A stretch of 64,000 nt of DNA from Octopus vulgaris (Eukaryota), in contig OX597823.1 in assembly GCA_951406725.2 (NCBI GenBank), forward strand, positions 1,488,001-1,552,000. Reading direction: 5' to 3'. Under the pieces are notes generated by a model. That model was not told where the DNA came from. It saw only the letters and a list, made by a program, of their open reading frames with translations, and made no database searches. Positions 1 through 12,522 of this stretch are shown here, piece by piece. The translations under genes and the position numbers were made by a program. Positions within the stretch are counted from its first letter, which is position 1; every line of letters starts with the position of its first letter.

Positions 1-156
1 GTAGTAGTAGTAGTGGTGGTGGTGGTGGTGGTGGTGGTGGTGGTGGTGGTGGTGGTGGTGGTGGTGGTGGTGGTGGTGGTGGTGGTGGTGGTGGTGGTGT
101 TGGTGGTGGTGGTGGTGATGGTGGTGGTGGTGGTGGTGATGGTGGTGGTGGTGGTG

Positions 157-232
<76 letters not shown>

Positions 233-279
233 AAGTAGTAGTAGTAGTAGTAATAATAATAATAATATTAATAATAGTA

Positions 280-310
<31 letters not shown>
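1..310. repeat. Compound trinucleotide microsatellite (GTG/GTA/ATA/ATG)n
   Basis: Direct reading. Confidence 0.95.
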
Positions 311-311
<1 letters not shown>

Positions 312-869
312 AAATGCCCTGATGCAGTACCAGGCAGTGGCTCTCATGGCTTCTGATCTTAACTGGTTGGAAGTGTTATCATGTACATTGTTTTGTCTTA
401 GTATAAAAGATGGGCTACAGCAAATATTCTGCTCAATACCACAGATTTGCTTGTCAGTTGTTTGACCTTAACCAGTTGAGCATGTCCCTTAGTGGCTGAC
501 GATATGTGCATCTCTGATCACGAGCAGAAATAGTGGGGGAGTATCAAAGCCATGTGTTGAGGGGGATTCTTTGGGGTTTGAATAAGTCACCTCTGGAAAC
601 ATAAGTGCTTCGTTCAACATCATTAAACAGCCCATATTCAGGGACCTTTTGAGCGGGATGGGTTACTTGACCAGAAGAAAATTCTAACTGGGCCCCACCT
701 GCAAGGTCATGTGCTATTAATCTTGACATGAGATCACCATGTCGCACACACATAGTTGTGATGCATGTGCCTGGTGTACCCTTATCAGATGGGTAGTCAT
801 GATGGGTATATTGGATTTCATATATTTTACCCCAGTGTCACTTTGATGGCATGCACTGCTCTCTCACTC
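311..869 (+). repeat. Non-coding segment between trinucleotide tracts, probably a retroelement 3' UTR / dispersed repeat ending in (AAT)n
   Basis: Unique-complexity block ending ctctctcactc directly before a long (AAT)n, like the R4/Dong 3' ends elsewhere in the window; no coding motif seen. Confidence 0.35.
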
Positions 870-1169
<300 letters not shown>

Positions 1170-1172
<3 letters not shown>

Positions 1173-1329
1173 GATAACTCTCAAAATACAAAACCTGGAA
1201 ATAGAGGTAACTAGAAATGTGGAATCTGAAAACAGAAACAATTCCTATCATAGTAGGTGCATTAGGCATGATAATAATAATAATAATAATAATAAATAAT
1301 AATAAAAAATACCAGGACTTACATAATAC

Positions 1330-1367
<38 letters not shown>

Positions 1368-2318
1368 CCTACGAAATAATAATAATAATAATAATAATAA
1401 TAATCAGAGCATCACAACAAATCACAGCACATACCCAAATAATAATAATAATAATAATGAAGTGAAAGCACGCTATAATAATAATAAAAATAAAACTACT
1501 GAATAATAATAATAATAATAACCAAAAAAAAATGCTTTCTAATTGATGTATCAATACCGGCAGATGACAACGTGTCTCTAAATGAAATGGAGAAACTCTC
1601 AAAATACAAAGACCTGGAAATAGAGGTAACTAGAATATGGAATCTGAAAACAGAAACAATTCCTATCATAGTAGGTGCATTAGGCATGATAAAAAATATT
1701 CAGATAGATACATAACAAAAACACCAGGACTTACAAACACATATAACATACAGAAAATTGCACTACTAGGCACTGCACACATCCTACGCAGAACACTTTC
1801 CATACAATAACCATCAGAGCATCACAACAAATCACAGCACATACCCAAGGCACACAGAGCTGCGCTCGGTAGTGAAGTGAAAGCACGCTATAAAAATAAA
1901 AATAAAACTACTGAATAATAATAATAATAATAACCAAAAAAAATGCTTTCTAATTGATGTATCAATACCGGCAGATGACAACGTGTCTCTAAATGAAATG
2001 GAGAAACTCTCAAAATACAAAGACCTGGAAATAGAGGTAACTAGAATATGGAATCTGAAAACAGAAACAATTCCTATCATAGTAGGTGCATTAGGCATGA
2101 TAAAAAATATTCAGACAAATACATAACAAAAACACCAGGACTTACAAACACATATAACATACAGAAAATTGCACTACTAGGCACTGCACACATCCTACGC
2201 AGAACACTTTCCATACAATAACCATCAGAGCATCACAACAAATCACAGCACATACCCAAGGCACACAGAGCTGCGCTCGGTAGTGAAGTGAAAGCACGCT
2301 ATAAAAATAAAACTACTG
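1170..2318 (+). mobile_element. Three tandem 5'-truncated R4/Dong RLE-LINE 3' ends (family A) in (AAT)n
   Basis: Encode ..CFLIDVSIPADDNVSLNEMEKLSKYKDLEIEVTRIWNLKTETIPIIVGALGMI..TAHILRRTLSIQ* (RLE C-terminus) + 3' UTR ending aaaactactg(AAT)n. Copies ~1170-1501, 1521-1913, 1933-2318. Confidence 0.9.
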
Positions 2319-2331
2319 AATAATAATACTA

Positions 2332-2399
<68 letters not shown>

Positions 2400-2509
2400 C
2401 AGCAGGCTGCTGTCCGCTCTCACAGAATCTACCAGAACAAACAAGACCGAACGTTCTGAGAAGTAAAACAATAATGGCTTCATATTTCAACCCAAGGCCA
2501 ACCGGTTTG

Positions 2510-2596
2510 AGGAAGGGGTTAAGTCGATTAAATCGACCCAATGCTTAACTGGTACTTATTTCATCTACCAGTCGTATCCGGCGGAATTTGAACGCC
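2510..2596 (-). mobile_element. SINE fragment (same core as 8401-8630)
   Basis: aagtcgatta-atcgaccca-tgc-taactggtacttatt...gcggaatttgaac is the reverse complement of the SINE core at 8470-8570. Confidence 0.65.
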
Positions 2597-4492
2597 ACAA
2601 TACTAATAATAACAATGATAGTACAAACTAACCAGGTCATGTGTGTAGATCACGTGGTTACGATGAAACCGCGTGCATTTGTTCGACTTACGAATTCTCG
2701 GCTGCACCCGTCTCGTTGGCGCACGACGAACTACTTTGATTCGTAATGTAGAATATTATAATTCCAAAATAAAGAAATGGAACAGAAGAGATTGTAACAG
2801 TTCCTGTGTCTTCTATTAAGCCGCCAATCACTTTCTTAATATCTTTTGTCTATTTTACATTTATATTTATTTTATACTTATTTTATTTTGTCTTATTTTC
2901 AGAACAAAACCAGCCCTATAAAAAAGCGGGATGCGATTGCCAATGGCTATACTTTTAACAGGTAAGTGCCACTGACGAAGCCTAAAAAAGGTAGAGGTAA
3001 GTTTCTTCGGGAAACCAGTTCCTCAATTAAAGTTCGTTCCTCGCTTATAACCACTTCGTTTTTCTTTACGCCATTAGTGATTTTTAGAATGACATAGACA
3101 ACTTACGTTGACCCATACTGTTTCGATTAGTAGAATCGAGTCGAGGGTAGCAGAAATGTGTGAGTGAACGATGAAGTGAGTGGAGATCGGACTCAAATGA
3201 GTTCAGTTATTTTGATGGTGCTTTTGAGATAACATAGCTATCGCAATTTTCCTTCCTCCCTCGAAAATGCCTAATGACTTCCTGAAGTGGAAAATAATCA
3301 AGTGATTCACCTGGAGTCAAAATAAGAACCAGAAGCAAACTTAAAAGATACCATTTCCCACTCCTCCAAATGTTTGACGTTATGAGAATTGCTATTTATA
3401 GGATGTAGAGATGTACTTTATAATATTTTAGGTTGTTGTATTGCACTCTATAATGTCGGTTGTAAGGATTAGATTATAAAGTTGTGGGTTGTAGTAATGT
3501 ACTCCATAATGTTTTGAGTGAAAAGAATCCGTATCTCCGTTGATTAGAATCAAACTCGTGAGACAGTTTCTCTTTCGTTTCTCAACAATTTCCATTGGAA
3601 GCAATGTTATTCTTTGACACCAGTTGACTTTTACAAAGAGCACCACCAATATATTCAGACAATATAATTGTTAATAATCATAATTATATTAATAATTATA
3701 ACTGTAAATTTTGAAGCGCTTTACAATTAACAAGACTGTTTATCAATCCTTTTAGATAGACACTATTCTGCTAAAAAAAAAGTCTTTGACAGAGTCCATA
3801 AATCAATTTCTAAATTTCAGTTGAAATCACTTCATCGATGTCTTTAACATACGGCAGTAAAGTTTGAACATCACTACTTCCTTGCATTCTACAACCTAAC
3901 ATATCTCACTAAAGCCTACATCATTTTGTGTAGGAGGCTGGTAATGAGAGATCGACAGGGGAATATATAATGTAGGCCATTGCCTGTCTTCCCGCTCTCA
4001 CTTCAAATACCGCTCATGACTATTTTGCTCTCCATCTCTGACATACTGCCAACAGGATTGCTCAAAGTCAGCTTCTTTAAAAAGATGTGATATTTCTGGT
4101 GAAGTCGGAAGGTGCTAAAAAATGCGAAACCGGAAGTTAATGTAAACAGGCTTTATTAAAAGCAATACCGGAAGATTATGTCAAGAGACATGTCTACAAA
4201 ACATAAGGCTGAGCAGAACAGGAAGTTCAAGTATGGAGAGCAATAATAAAACAGCAACATAGAAGAATAACGTCTGCAGAGTTTTGTCAATAAAAATTAA
4301 TAGAAAGATCGAAGGAAAAGTAATGATCGTCGAAAAACTGATAATATCGAAAGTTAAAACGACCGAACCGGAAGTACATGTACATATATGATTCATGATA
4401 TACGATGTAAGTTCGTTGTACACAAACAGTCGCGCGTATGCGTAACGTTTAGTTAGATGTGCGAATGTATATCAGTATATCATCTACACACA

Positions 4493-4547
<55 letters not shown>

Positions 4548-5029
4548 GCATGCACACACATACACACAAATACATATATATTTTGATTAAAGCATATACG
4601 AAAAAGAGAAAGGTGAAGGTAAAATACACAAATGGAGTAAGAAAAAATTGTTTATATACAGAAAAGGCGCACGCACACGCATACATGCAAACACGCACAC
4701 TGACATATATATGTATTATATTATATTATGTATTATATATTTATGTATATGTATATATGTGTATATATATATATATAAGTATATATGTATATATATATAT
4801 GTATGTATATGTATATATGTATATATATATATATGTATATATATATATAAAAGCAGTGGGAAACAGAAATGTACAGGGGAGAGTGTGTACATGTGTTTAT
4901 GCGTGCGCATGCATGAAATATTTTCGATTATGTATCTATAATTATGTGTAAATATGTAGATATATAAATATAACAAGTGAGCATTATTATACACATGTAC
5001 ACATGTGTATGTGTGTCGGATATATATCT

Positions 5030-5290
5030 CTCTCTATATAAAACTGAGAATGTGTGTGTCTGTTTGTCTGTCTGTCTGTGAGTTTCCTTAAAACTTTAGA
5101 ACTACACAACCAATTTCATTCAAATTGTACACACGCCTTACTTAGGGTCCATGTAGTTTCATGGGCAAAAAAAAAATGTTCAACTTCTTGCCTAGGGCGA
5201 GCCCATAGCAATATCATATCTTCTCCACTATTTCAGTATTACGTGTTAAAAGTGAAACAAAAACGTTTCTATATTTTATGTCAGATTCTT
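5030..5290 (+). mobile_element. Non-autonomous Helitron 5' fragment
   Basis: TCTCTATATAAAA start followed by (TGTC)n and ..caaccaatttcattcaaatt.., resembling the 5' ends at 9880 and 16299; no 3' CTAG end seen. Confidence 0.55.
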
Positions 5291-5344
5291 TCACTTTAGC
5301 AATAAAAATTAGCGATAATAATAACAATTGAATGTATCTATCTA

Positions 5345-5402
<58 letters not shown>

Positions 5403-5442
5403 AACAGACATGCATGCATGCATGCATACATATATACATATA

Positions 5443-5484
<42 letters not shown>

Positions 5485-5524
5485 TATATGTATATATGTA
5501 TGCATGCATGCATGCATGTCTGTT

Positions 5525-5570
<46 letters not shown>
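5345..5570. repeat. Perfect palindrome centred on a (TA)n tract
   Basis: caaacagacatgcatgcatgcatgcatacatatatacatatatgtc-(TA)n-gacatatatgtatatatgtatgcatgcatgcatgcatgtctgtttg. Confidence 0.9.
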
Positions 5571-5571
<1 letters not shown>

Positions 5572-5604
5572 GGTTGAAAAGGAACACATGAGTTGATATA
5601 TATG

Positions 5605-6040
5605 GGAAAAAGTCAAGGTAGAAAATGCTAAAATAATTTTGTAAAAAAACATTTCAGTACCGGTTTCAGTCACTGAAACTTTTTCAACTGTAAGTAAGGA
5701 AAACTATTAAATTTTGGAAAAATTTATAGAAAAGTTGTTTTTTTTTAATATTTGTATAGTATTCAAATAGAAGGGGCATTTTCCTTGTTTCTGCTTGTCT
5801 CTGTCTCTCTTGTTTACTCTTGTGGGTTCGAGGCCGTTGTGAATTCTTGGTAGGGAAGAAGAAGAAGAAGAAGAAGAAGAAGAAGAAGAAGAAGAAGAAG
5901 AAGAAGAAGAAGAAGAAGAAGAAGAAGAGAAGAAGAATGCGCGAGTGCCATGATAGTAGTATGTTAAATGGTCAAGTGCCCTGAAAGTGACCCGTTGTGG
6001 ATTGAATTCTTGAGACATCTCTTTTGACTGTTTTGTTTGG
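5605..6040 (-). mobile_element. Penelope-like pseudo-LTR / 3' remnant, copy 1 (with (GAA)n)
   Basis: Homologous to 27680-28150; carries a minimal hammerhead motif near its 3' end and abuts (TA)n. Confidence 0.6.
5655..5690 (-). ncRNA. Minimal type I hammerhead ribozyme, U3-A8 core variant
   Basis: Minus strand CAG-UUGAAAA-AGUU(ucagu)GACU-GAAA-CCGG-UA-CUG: 3-bp stem I, stem II, palindromic stem III, GUA cleavage triplet. Confidence 0.6.
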
Positions 6041-6051
6041 TATATATATAC

Positions 6052-6112
<61 letters not shown>

Positions 6113-6207
6113 CGTATAATGTATAAGGTATGTATAAAGCAGAGTTAGTGCAGAAACAATTGTAACTGATCATTTAAGATGTCTTCCTATTCGAATTATA
6201 TATATAT

Positions 6208-6266
6208 TCAGGTGGTGGTATTACGTTAGACATGGCCTGGACCAATCTTTGGTCGAAACATATCTA

Positions 6267-6271
<5 letters not shown>
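6208..6271 (+). mobile_element. Extreme 3' end of the CR1/L2-group LINE family at 19870-24650, inserted in (TA)n
   Basis: tcaggtggtggtattacgttagacatggcctggaccaatctttggtcgaaacatatctaagttt is the reverse complement of ~19883-19947. Confidence 0.85.
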
Positions 6272-6344
<73 letters not shown>

Positions 6345-7133
6345 TATACATGTATGTGTTGTGTGTGTGTGTGTGTGTGTGTATGTGTGTGTGTGTGCTC
6401 GTGTGCCCTGGCACTTCGGTTATGATAAAACCACGACATCGATTCCGAATGAATCGACTCCAAAATTATAACTGACATAGATGACATAGATGACAGTTGT
6501 GGTTCTTTTTTTATGGCAGCCAGAAGTTAACCGTCCAACTACCACAAATCAACAAGGTCTGCTACAGATGTAGAAATGGAATATTCGAATTGGCATTCAT
6601 TATGACCAGTTCATTTGTTTCTTGATCAAGTTACTTCCGTCCAATAAATTTCTTTTATAACATCGCCTTTTATCATATTACCTTTTAATCCTCCCTCGAT
6701 AATATGTTTATCAGTGTAAGAAAATCTAAGTATTGATGCGTAATTCGGAGGAATACACCTGATGTATTACACAGTTTTTTTTTAATATGCGTAAAAGAAA
6801 AGATGAAAGAAGCCTTCAATATTTTCTGCGTCTCTTACGGTGAAGAGTTTCTCAAAAGACCGTCATTTATAGGAATAAAAAATGAAGAATGAAGGGAAAT
6901 TTATCCTGTGATCAAACATAAAAGTTATTTACGGTTTGTCCATAATCTTGCTAAAGAAAATATTTTCCACATATGTTTGTCTGTATACAAAGACGTGCGT
7001 TAGTCTTTATATTTTTGTGCGAAAAAGGCCACAACTCTTCTTTGTCAACTACGCCGGTGTCCTTATAATTATATATTCATTAATGCTGAGACGTGTATTG
7101 CAATCATAGTCCCCCCTCTCTCCCCCATCACTA

Positions 7134-7168
<35 letters not shown>

Positions 7169-7320
7169 TTCCCTCTCTGGAGTGTGGCAATCTTGTTAAT
7201 CTTCGCTAATTTTTGCTTTTATTTTATATTTATTTATAGCTTTCTATCCAAAATCACTTTACTTAAGTTATCAACATCGACTATCTAAGAAACATCAGGT
7301 ATTAACGTCTCTCTCTCTCT

Positions 7321-7401
<81 letters not shown>

Positions 7402-8014
7402 TATGCATATATATATATGTTTATATATATATATATATATGTTTATATATCTATATATATATACACACATATATATATAAATACATATAAAGATATATAT
7501 ATAAACATACATGCACACATATAAATGTATACATACACACACACACACACTGTGTGTGGATGAGTTTGTTTGTGTATGTATGTTTGTGTGCGTGTGTGTG
7601 TGTTTATGTGCAGAACAAGAGAATCGTGATATTTTCCCAAAGCACTCTGAGTTTTGATAAGAGAAACTATTCTCGGTTTTAAGTTCAACCTTATCAGCCA
7701 CACAACACAATACAAATTACGGAACCGAAAGAGACGGACTTTGCATTTTGGTCGCAACAAGGGCGTCCAAACACTCGCTCACACATACACACACTGCAGA
7801 CACAAACATCTGTGGATGTGTGCCCGCGCGCGCGTGTGTGTGTTGGGGTGGGTGTACACATGTAAGGCAAACTGGCTGACACATATGAGCATCAGATTAT
7901 CTCAGCAGTGGTATATTTTTGATTCTCTGTGCTCTGAGTTCGTAAAGGAGCGATAAAATTCCAGACAAATATTGGAGTAGATTTTTGCTTTTATCCTCTT
8001 CCGTTCTCTATCAC

Positions 8015-8081
<67 letters not shown>

Positions 8082-8400
8082 TTCGGATTTTACAACGTTG
8101 CATTCCGAGATAGTGAGTGGACACTCATCGGGATCGCTTCTCCAGAAATGAAGAAGTGATCAGTGAAGAGCAAGCAATTACTAGTAATTAATTAGGGTCG
8201 TTTAATGGTGTCTGAATGTGAAAGCCAACACAGAACAAAAATTAAGAATGTGTCACACACACCCTACACACACACAACACGCACACACATACACACACAA
8301 ACACACACACACATACTGATTAACCACGCGTGCAACAAAATAGAAGTTGACCTCAATGTCATTGCCTCAGAGGAATATTTTTACGAGATTATTATCTAAG

Positions 8401-8814
8401 GAGGCGAGCTGGCAGAAACGTTAGCACGTCGGGCGAAATGCGTAGCCGTATTTCATCTACCTCTACGTTCTGAGTTCAAATTCCGCCGAGGTCGACTTTG
8501 CCTTTCATCCTTTCGAGGTCGATAAATTAAGTACCAGTTACGCACTGGGGTCGATGTAATCGACTTGATCCGTTTGTCTGTCCTTGTTTGTCCTCTCTGT
8601 GTTTAGCCCCTTGTGGGTAGTAAAGAAATAGGTATTTCGTCTGCCGTTACGTTCTGAGTTCAAATTCCGCCGAGGTCAACCTTGCCTTTCATCCTTTCAG
8701 GGTCGTTTAAATAAGTACCAGTTATGCACTGGGGTCGATGTAATCAACTTTATCACTTTGTTTAATCTTGTTTATCCCCTCTACGTTTAGCCCCCTGCGT
8801 GCAATATAGAAATA
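8401..8814 (+). mobile_element. tRNA-derived SINE with Nin-like core, plus tandem partial second copy
   Basis: A-box-like ggcgagctggcaga, B-box gagttcaaattcc, core gccgaggtcgactttgcctttcatcctttcgaggtcgataaattaagtaccag; core and tail repeated at 8631-8814. Confidence 0.85.
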
Positions 8815-8963
8815 CATGTTATACAAACAGGGAAGATTTACAAACAAAACACCGAGTTTCCCAGCAAACCAGAATGTACAAAGATGTCTGATGGTGGTCG
8901 CAAACAACGTCCGTGTAAGGGGAAAACCATGAAGTTGCTGCAGTGGCAAGTCGGAGCTGCCCA

Positions 8964-9021
<58 letters not shown>

Positions 9022-9846
9022 GCTTACATATGTACGTATGGATGTATGCATCCATACGTACATATGTGAGTGTGTGGTTGTATGTGTATGTATATATACA
9101 TATACACACACCTATACATAGACGTAGGGCAATTGTTAGCAACGCCTTACTCTAAGGATACCGTGAAGATGTCGGCAGCAGCAGGACGTTGGATAACCAA
9201 CGAGGGAGATGAGTCCGAATAGTTTGAAGGTTATTTGTGACCAAACGGACGAACTGAATCCTCAGTTGCCATGGCGAGGCAGCCTCAACGTCGCCTGTGT
9301 GCGTTGTAGTCTTTTTTACCACTTGGTACCTGGCGTGGAGGCCCAGTGGAATAGTCTGGTGGGGAGAGCACGAAGACTGCCTTACTCACTGTACAGAGGT
9401 GTTGTGTTCAGGGAAGTGACCTGAACAGAATGCATGTGTTTAGAGAGAAGTGGTGAGACAGATATTGAGGCGGGGAGATAGTCAAACAGGAGCGAGAAGG
9501 CAGTAAAAGTTACAGATAATGTGAGAGAAGATAGAGAAGAGATAGAAGAGGCGGTAAGAGAGAGAGGAGAAGAAGGAGAGAGGGAGAGAGAGAAACAAAG
9601 GATTTAGGAATCGCCCAGTTTCTTTACTAGTATTTTGGGCCTCAGCTCCTGTGAGGACAGACAAATATGCTACACCGTCGAATTCATTGGAATTTGAACC
9701 CACAGCGCAGAAAATCACCGCAAATATCAAATGGTATTCTGTAAAGTGACTTTACCAATGAGTGGAGGATCATGGAGAGATTGAGTTGTCAATATAACGA
9801 CTCGAAGAGAATATTGTTCACCACACACACACACAGAGGCAACGGA

Positions 9847-9879
<33 letters not shown>

Positions 9880-9897
<18 letters not shown>

Positions 9898-10895
9898 TGT
9901 AGTTGTGTGAGTGTCTGTCCCCTTCGATTTAGATTCCTAACTACTCCCACATTTGGCGGTGCAGTTTAACCAAATTCGGGTATCTTATAGTCGTGATTCA
10001 TATCGAGCCCGTCTGGCTATTAGCGCGCGTCTACGATGAGTCTACGATTTAAAAAATAATTTAACATCATTTTTTATTCCATTTTAATGCATATTTTTTC
10101 GTGTGTCGATGGCGGCGGAGTTGGCGTCCACGCTCACACCTGCACCTGTTTGCTTCTCCCCCTTCTTCCCTCCCTCGTGAAGCTGTGGGGAAGGGTGTGT
10201 AAGGAAATCAACGTCGTAATGCGTTGTCAAGGAGACCAGCGTTCTTTTAGAACAACGACTTCATGGCTTGAAGTCGCCAAAACAGAAATCGCTAAAAAAG
10301 CTGAAACAGATCCACAAAAACGGCAAAAACCGCCACACAGGGCAGGTTTCCTGTGCAAACAATTTGCACAACCGAATGTTTTACTTGTTGCACAAATCTT
10401 TATATATAAAAGTAAGGTTGTGTGTCTGTCTCCTACGATTTAGATTCCTAACTACTCCCACATTTTGCGGTGCAGTGTAACCAAAACTGGGTATCTTATA
10501 GTCGTGATTCATATCGAGCCCTTCTGTGTATTAGCGCGCGTCTACGATGAGTCTACGATTTAAAAAAAAATTTACCATCATTTTTTATTCCATTTTAATG
10601 CATTTTTCGCTATTATATAAGGGAAGTAACTCTCTAAAAATGTCTACGATGAGTCCACGCTTAAAAAAATTTACCATCATTTTTTATTCCATTTTAATGC
10701 ATTTTTCGCTATTATATAAGGGAAGTAACTCTCTAAAAATGTCTACGATGAGTCAACGATTTAAAAAAAAAATTACCATAATTTTTTATTCCATTTTTAA
10801 TGCATTTTTTGCTATTTTTTTTGCTATAACTCACTAAAAATGCTTATATAGTTATTTCTCTTACAAACCCGAGCAACGCCGGGCGATACTGCTAG
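9880..10895 (+). mobile_element. Non-autonomous Helitron with two tandem 5' modules
   Basis: 3' end cccgagcaacgccggg hairpin + CTAG|T at 10868-10895; 5' module at ~9890-10090 repeated at ~10398-10600; internal ~95-bp direct repeats 10541-10800. Confidence 0.8.
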
Positions 10896-10961
10896 TATAT
10901 ATATATAATATGCATAGCCATTCCCTATATAGACATGCATACACGCATACACACATACATA

Positions 10962-12151
10962 CATTGATAGGAAAGCCCGAAAAATACTAAGCACACATAA
11001 TTTCCACATAAACAGGTTCGTAGACCGCCTCAACCTAAAACGAAAACATAGTAGCAGAGGCTTAACATCGATTCAAAATGCCTTTGAATGTCATATCATA
11101 TCCCTTCAGCAACATCTTTTAACCACTAAGTGTTGAAGTGCATCTCTTGACCGAGTTTCTATACATGAGGCTGATAATATCATAAGACTTGGAAGGCATC
11201 TGGTTGAGCAACACTCTTTGTCTAATAACCAAGAATACATGCCCAAAGTAGTCTCACGACTCTACCGCAACGTATCATCAGATGAAAGAATGAGTCTATA
11301 TGAGCAGGAGACTATGCATGGATATGTCAGTAGAAAACTTTGTGATGATAGTAACATAGATCATCAAAACAGTTTATCAAGGACGAATAGCCGGATTACT
11401 ACCTCCCACTTTGAAGGGTATGCGTTTGCAATCTAGAAACAGGAAATATCAACCAAGTACCTGATGCACAAAAGGGATAGAGATATAGGAAAAGCCGTAA
11501 AATGTGACAATCGATGTAGAATTTGTGGAATTAACGCCGAAGATATCACCCACATCATAAGCAGATGTCCGAAAATGTCATCACGGTTTTATACCGATGA
11601 GACATGTTGTTGCAGCTAGGACACTCTATTATGAAATCCGTTGGAAGAATAATCCCGTGGACAAAGAAATAACAACCCACAGTATGGTAGAGGCCATAGC
11701 CACTCATAATGGAAAGGAATACTGGTAGACTGTACCAGTGAAGACCTCAATAAAAAGTAAGTACAACAGGCCTGATATAATGATTTGGGATAGAGAAGAG
11801 AAATTGTGCACAGCTGTCCAGTGGATGTTAACATAAAGCTGAAGATCAGTGAAACAGAGAACACCTATGTTGAACTATTGAGAAATCTGCAGTTACTCTA
11901 TCCGGATTACCAGTTCAGCTTTTTATCTGTATTTATTGGGGCCCTGGGTTATGTAACACGTTGCCTAAATATCAATCTTGAGAAATTAGGCTTCTCAAAA
12001 CCAGAAAAGAGAAAGCTAATTCGAAGACTATACATACAATCCCTCACTGGAAATGTAAAAATCTGTAAAACTTCCCAGAAATTTATCATTTAAATATATG
12101 TGAACGTGTCTAGATATGCATACATACATACACACATACACACACACACAC

Positions 12152-12192
<41 letters not shown>

Positions 12193-12365
12193 TACATACA
12201 AACATACATACACACACACACACATACATACATACATACATACATGCAAACAAAATCCCCTTTTATTGATGTTGAAATTCCAATGAAAGAACTTTGGATC
12301 AAGGTTGAAACTGGTTCTTTCTCTATTGGCAGGAAATCTCGAAATAAAATGAATAACGATATGCA
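10962..12365 (+). mobile_element. Decayed R4/Dong-like RLE-LINE 3' part (family flanked by (CATA)n)
   Basis: IDRKARKIL..DRL.LKRK..RGL, CRICG..EDITHIISRCP zinc knuckle, RPDIMIWDREEK, FIGALG; multiple stops and frameshifts. Confidence 0.85.
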
Positions 12366-12395
12366 TACATACATATGTGTATACATACATACATG

Positions 12396-12471
<76 letters not shown>

Positions 12472-12522
12472 TGTATGTATGTATGTATATGTAGGTATGT
12501 AAGTATGTAAGTATGTATGTAT

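Noticed and set aside
2903-3015. Possible micro-exon (ttttcAG..CAG|GTAAGT) or hammerhead (CTGACGA at 2972)
   Set aside because: No recognisable peptide or partner exon; the ribozyme lacks a correctly placed GAAA and stem I.
6235-6265. Hammerhead-like stem-loop + GAAAC
   Set aside because: No CUGANGA-type core upstream; it is the LINE 3' recognition stem-loop.
7285-7882. Cys-containing ORFs considered as a bursicon beta partner exon
   Set aside because: Cysteine spacing does not fit a cystine knot; no beta subunit found in the window.
4457-7956. Many YI/HT/CV-repeat ORFs (also 33246-36227, 59806-60355)
   Set aside because: Translations of (TA)n, (CA)n and (TG)n tracts.
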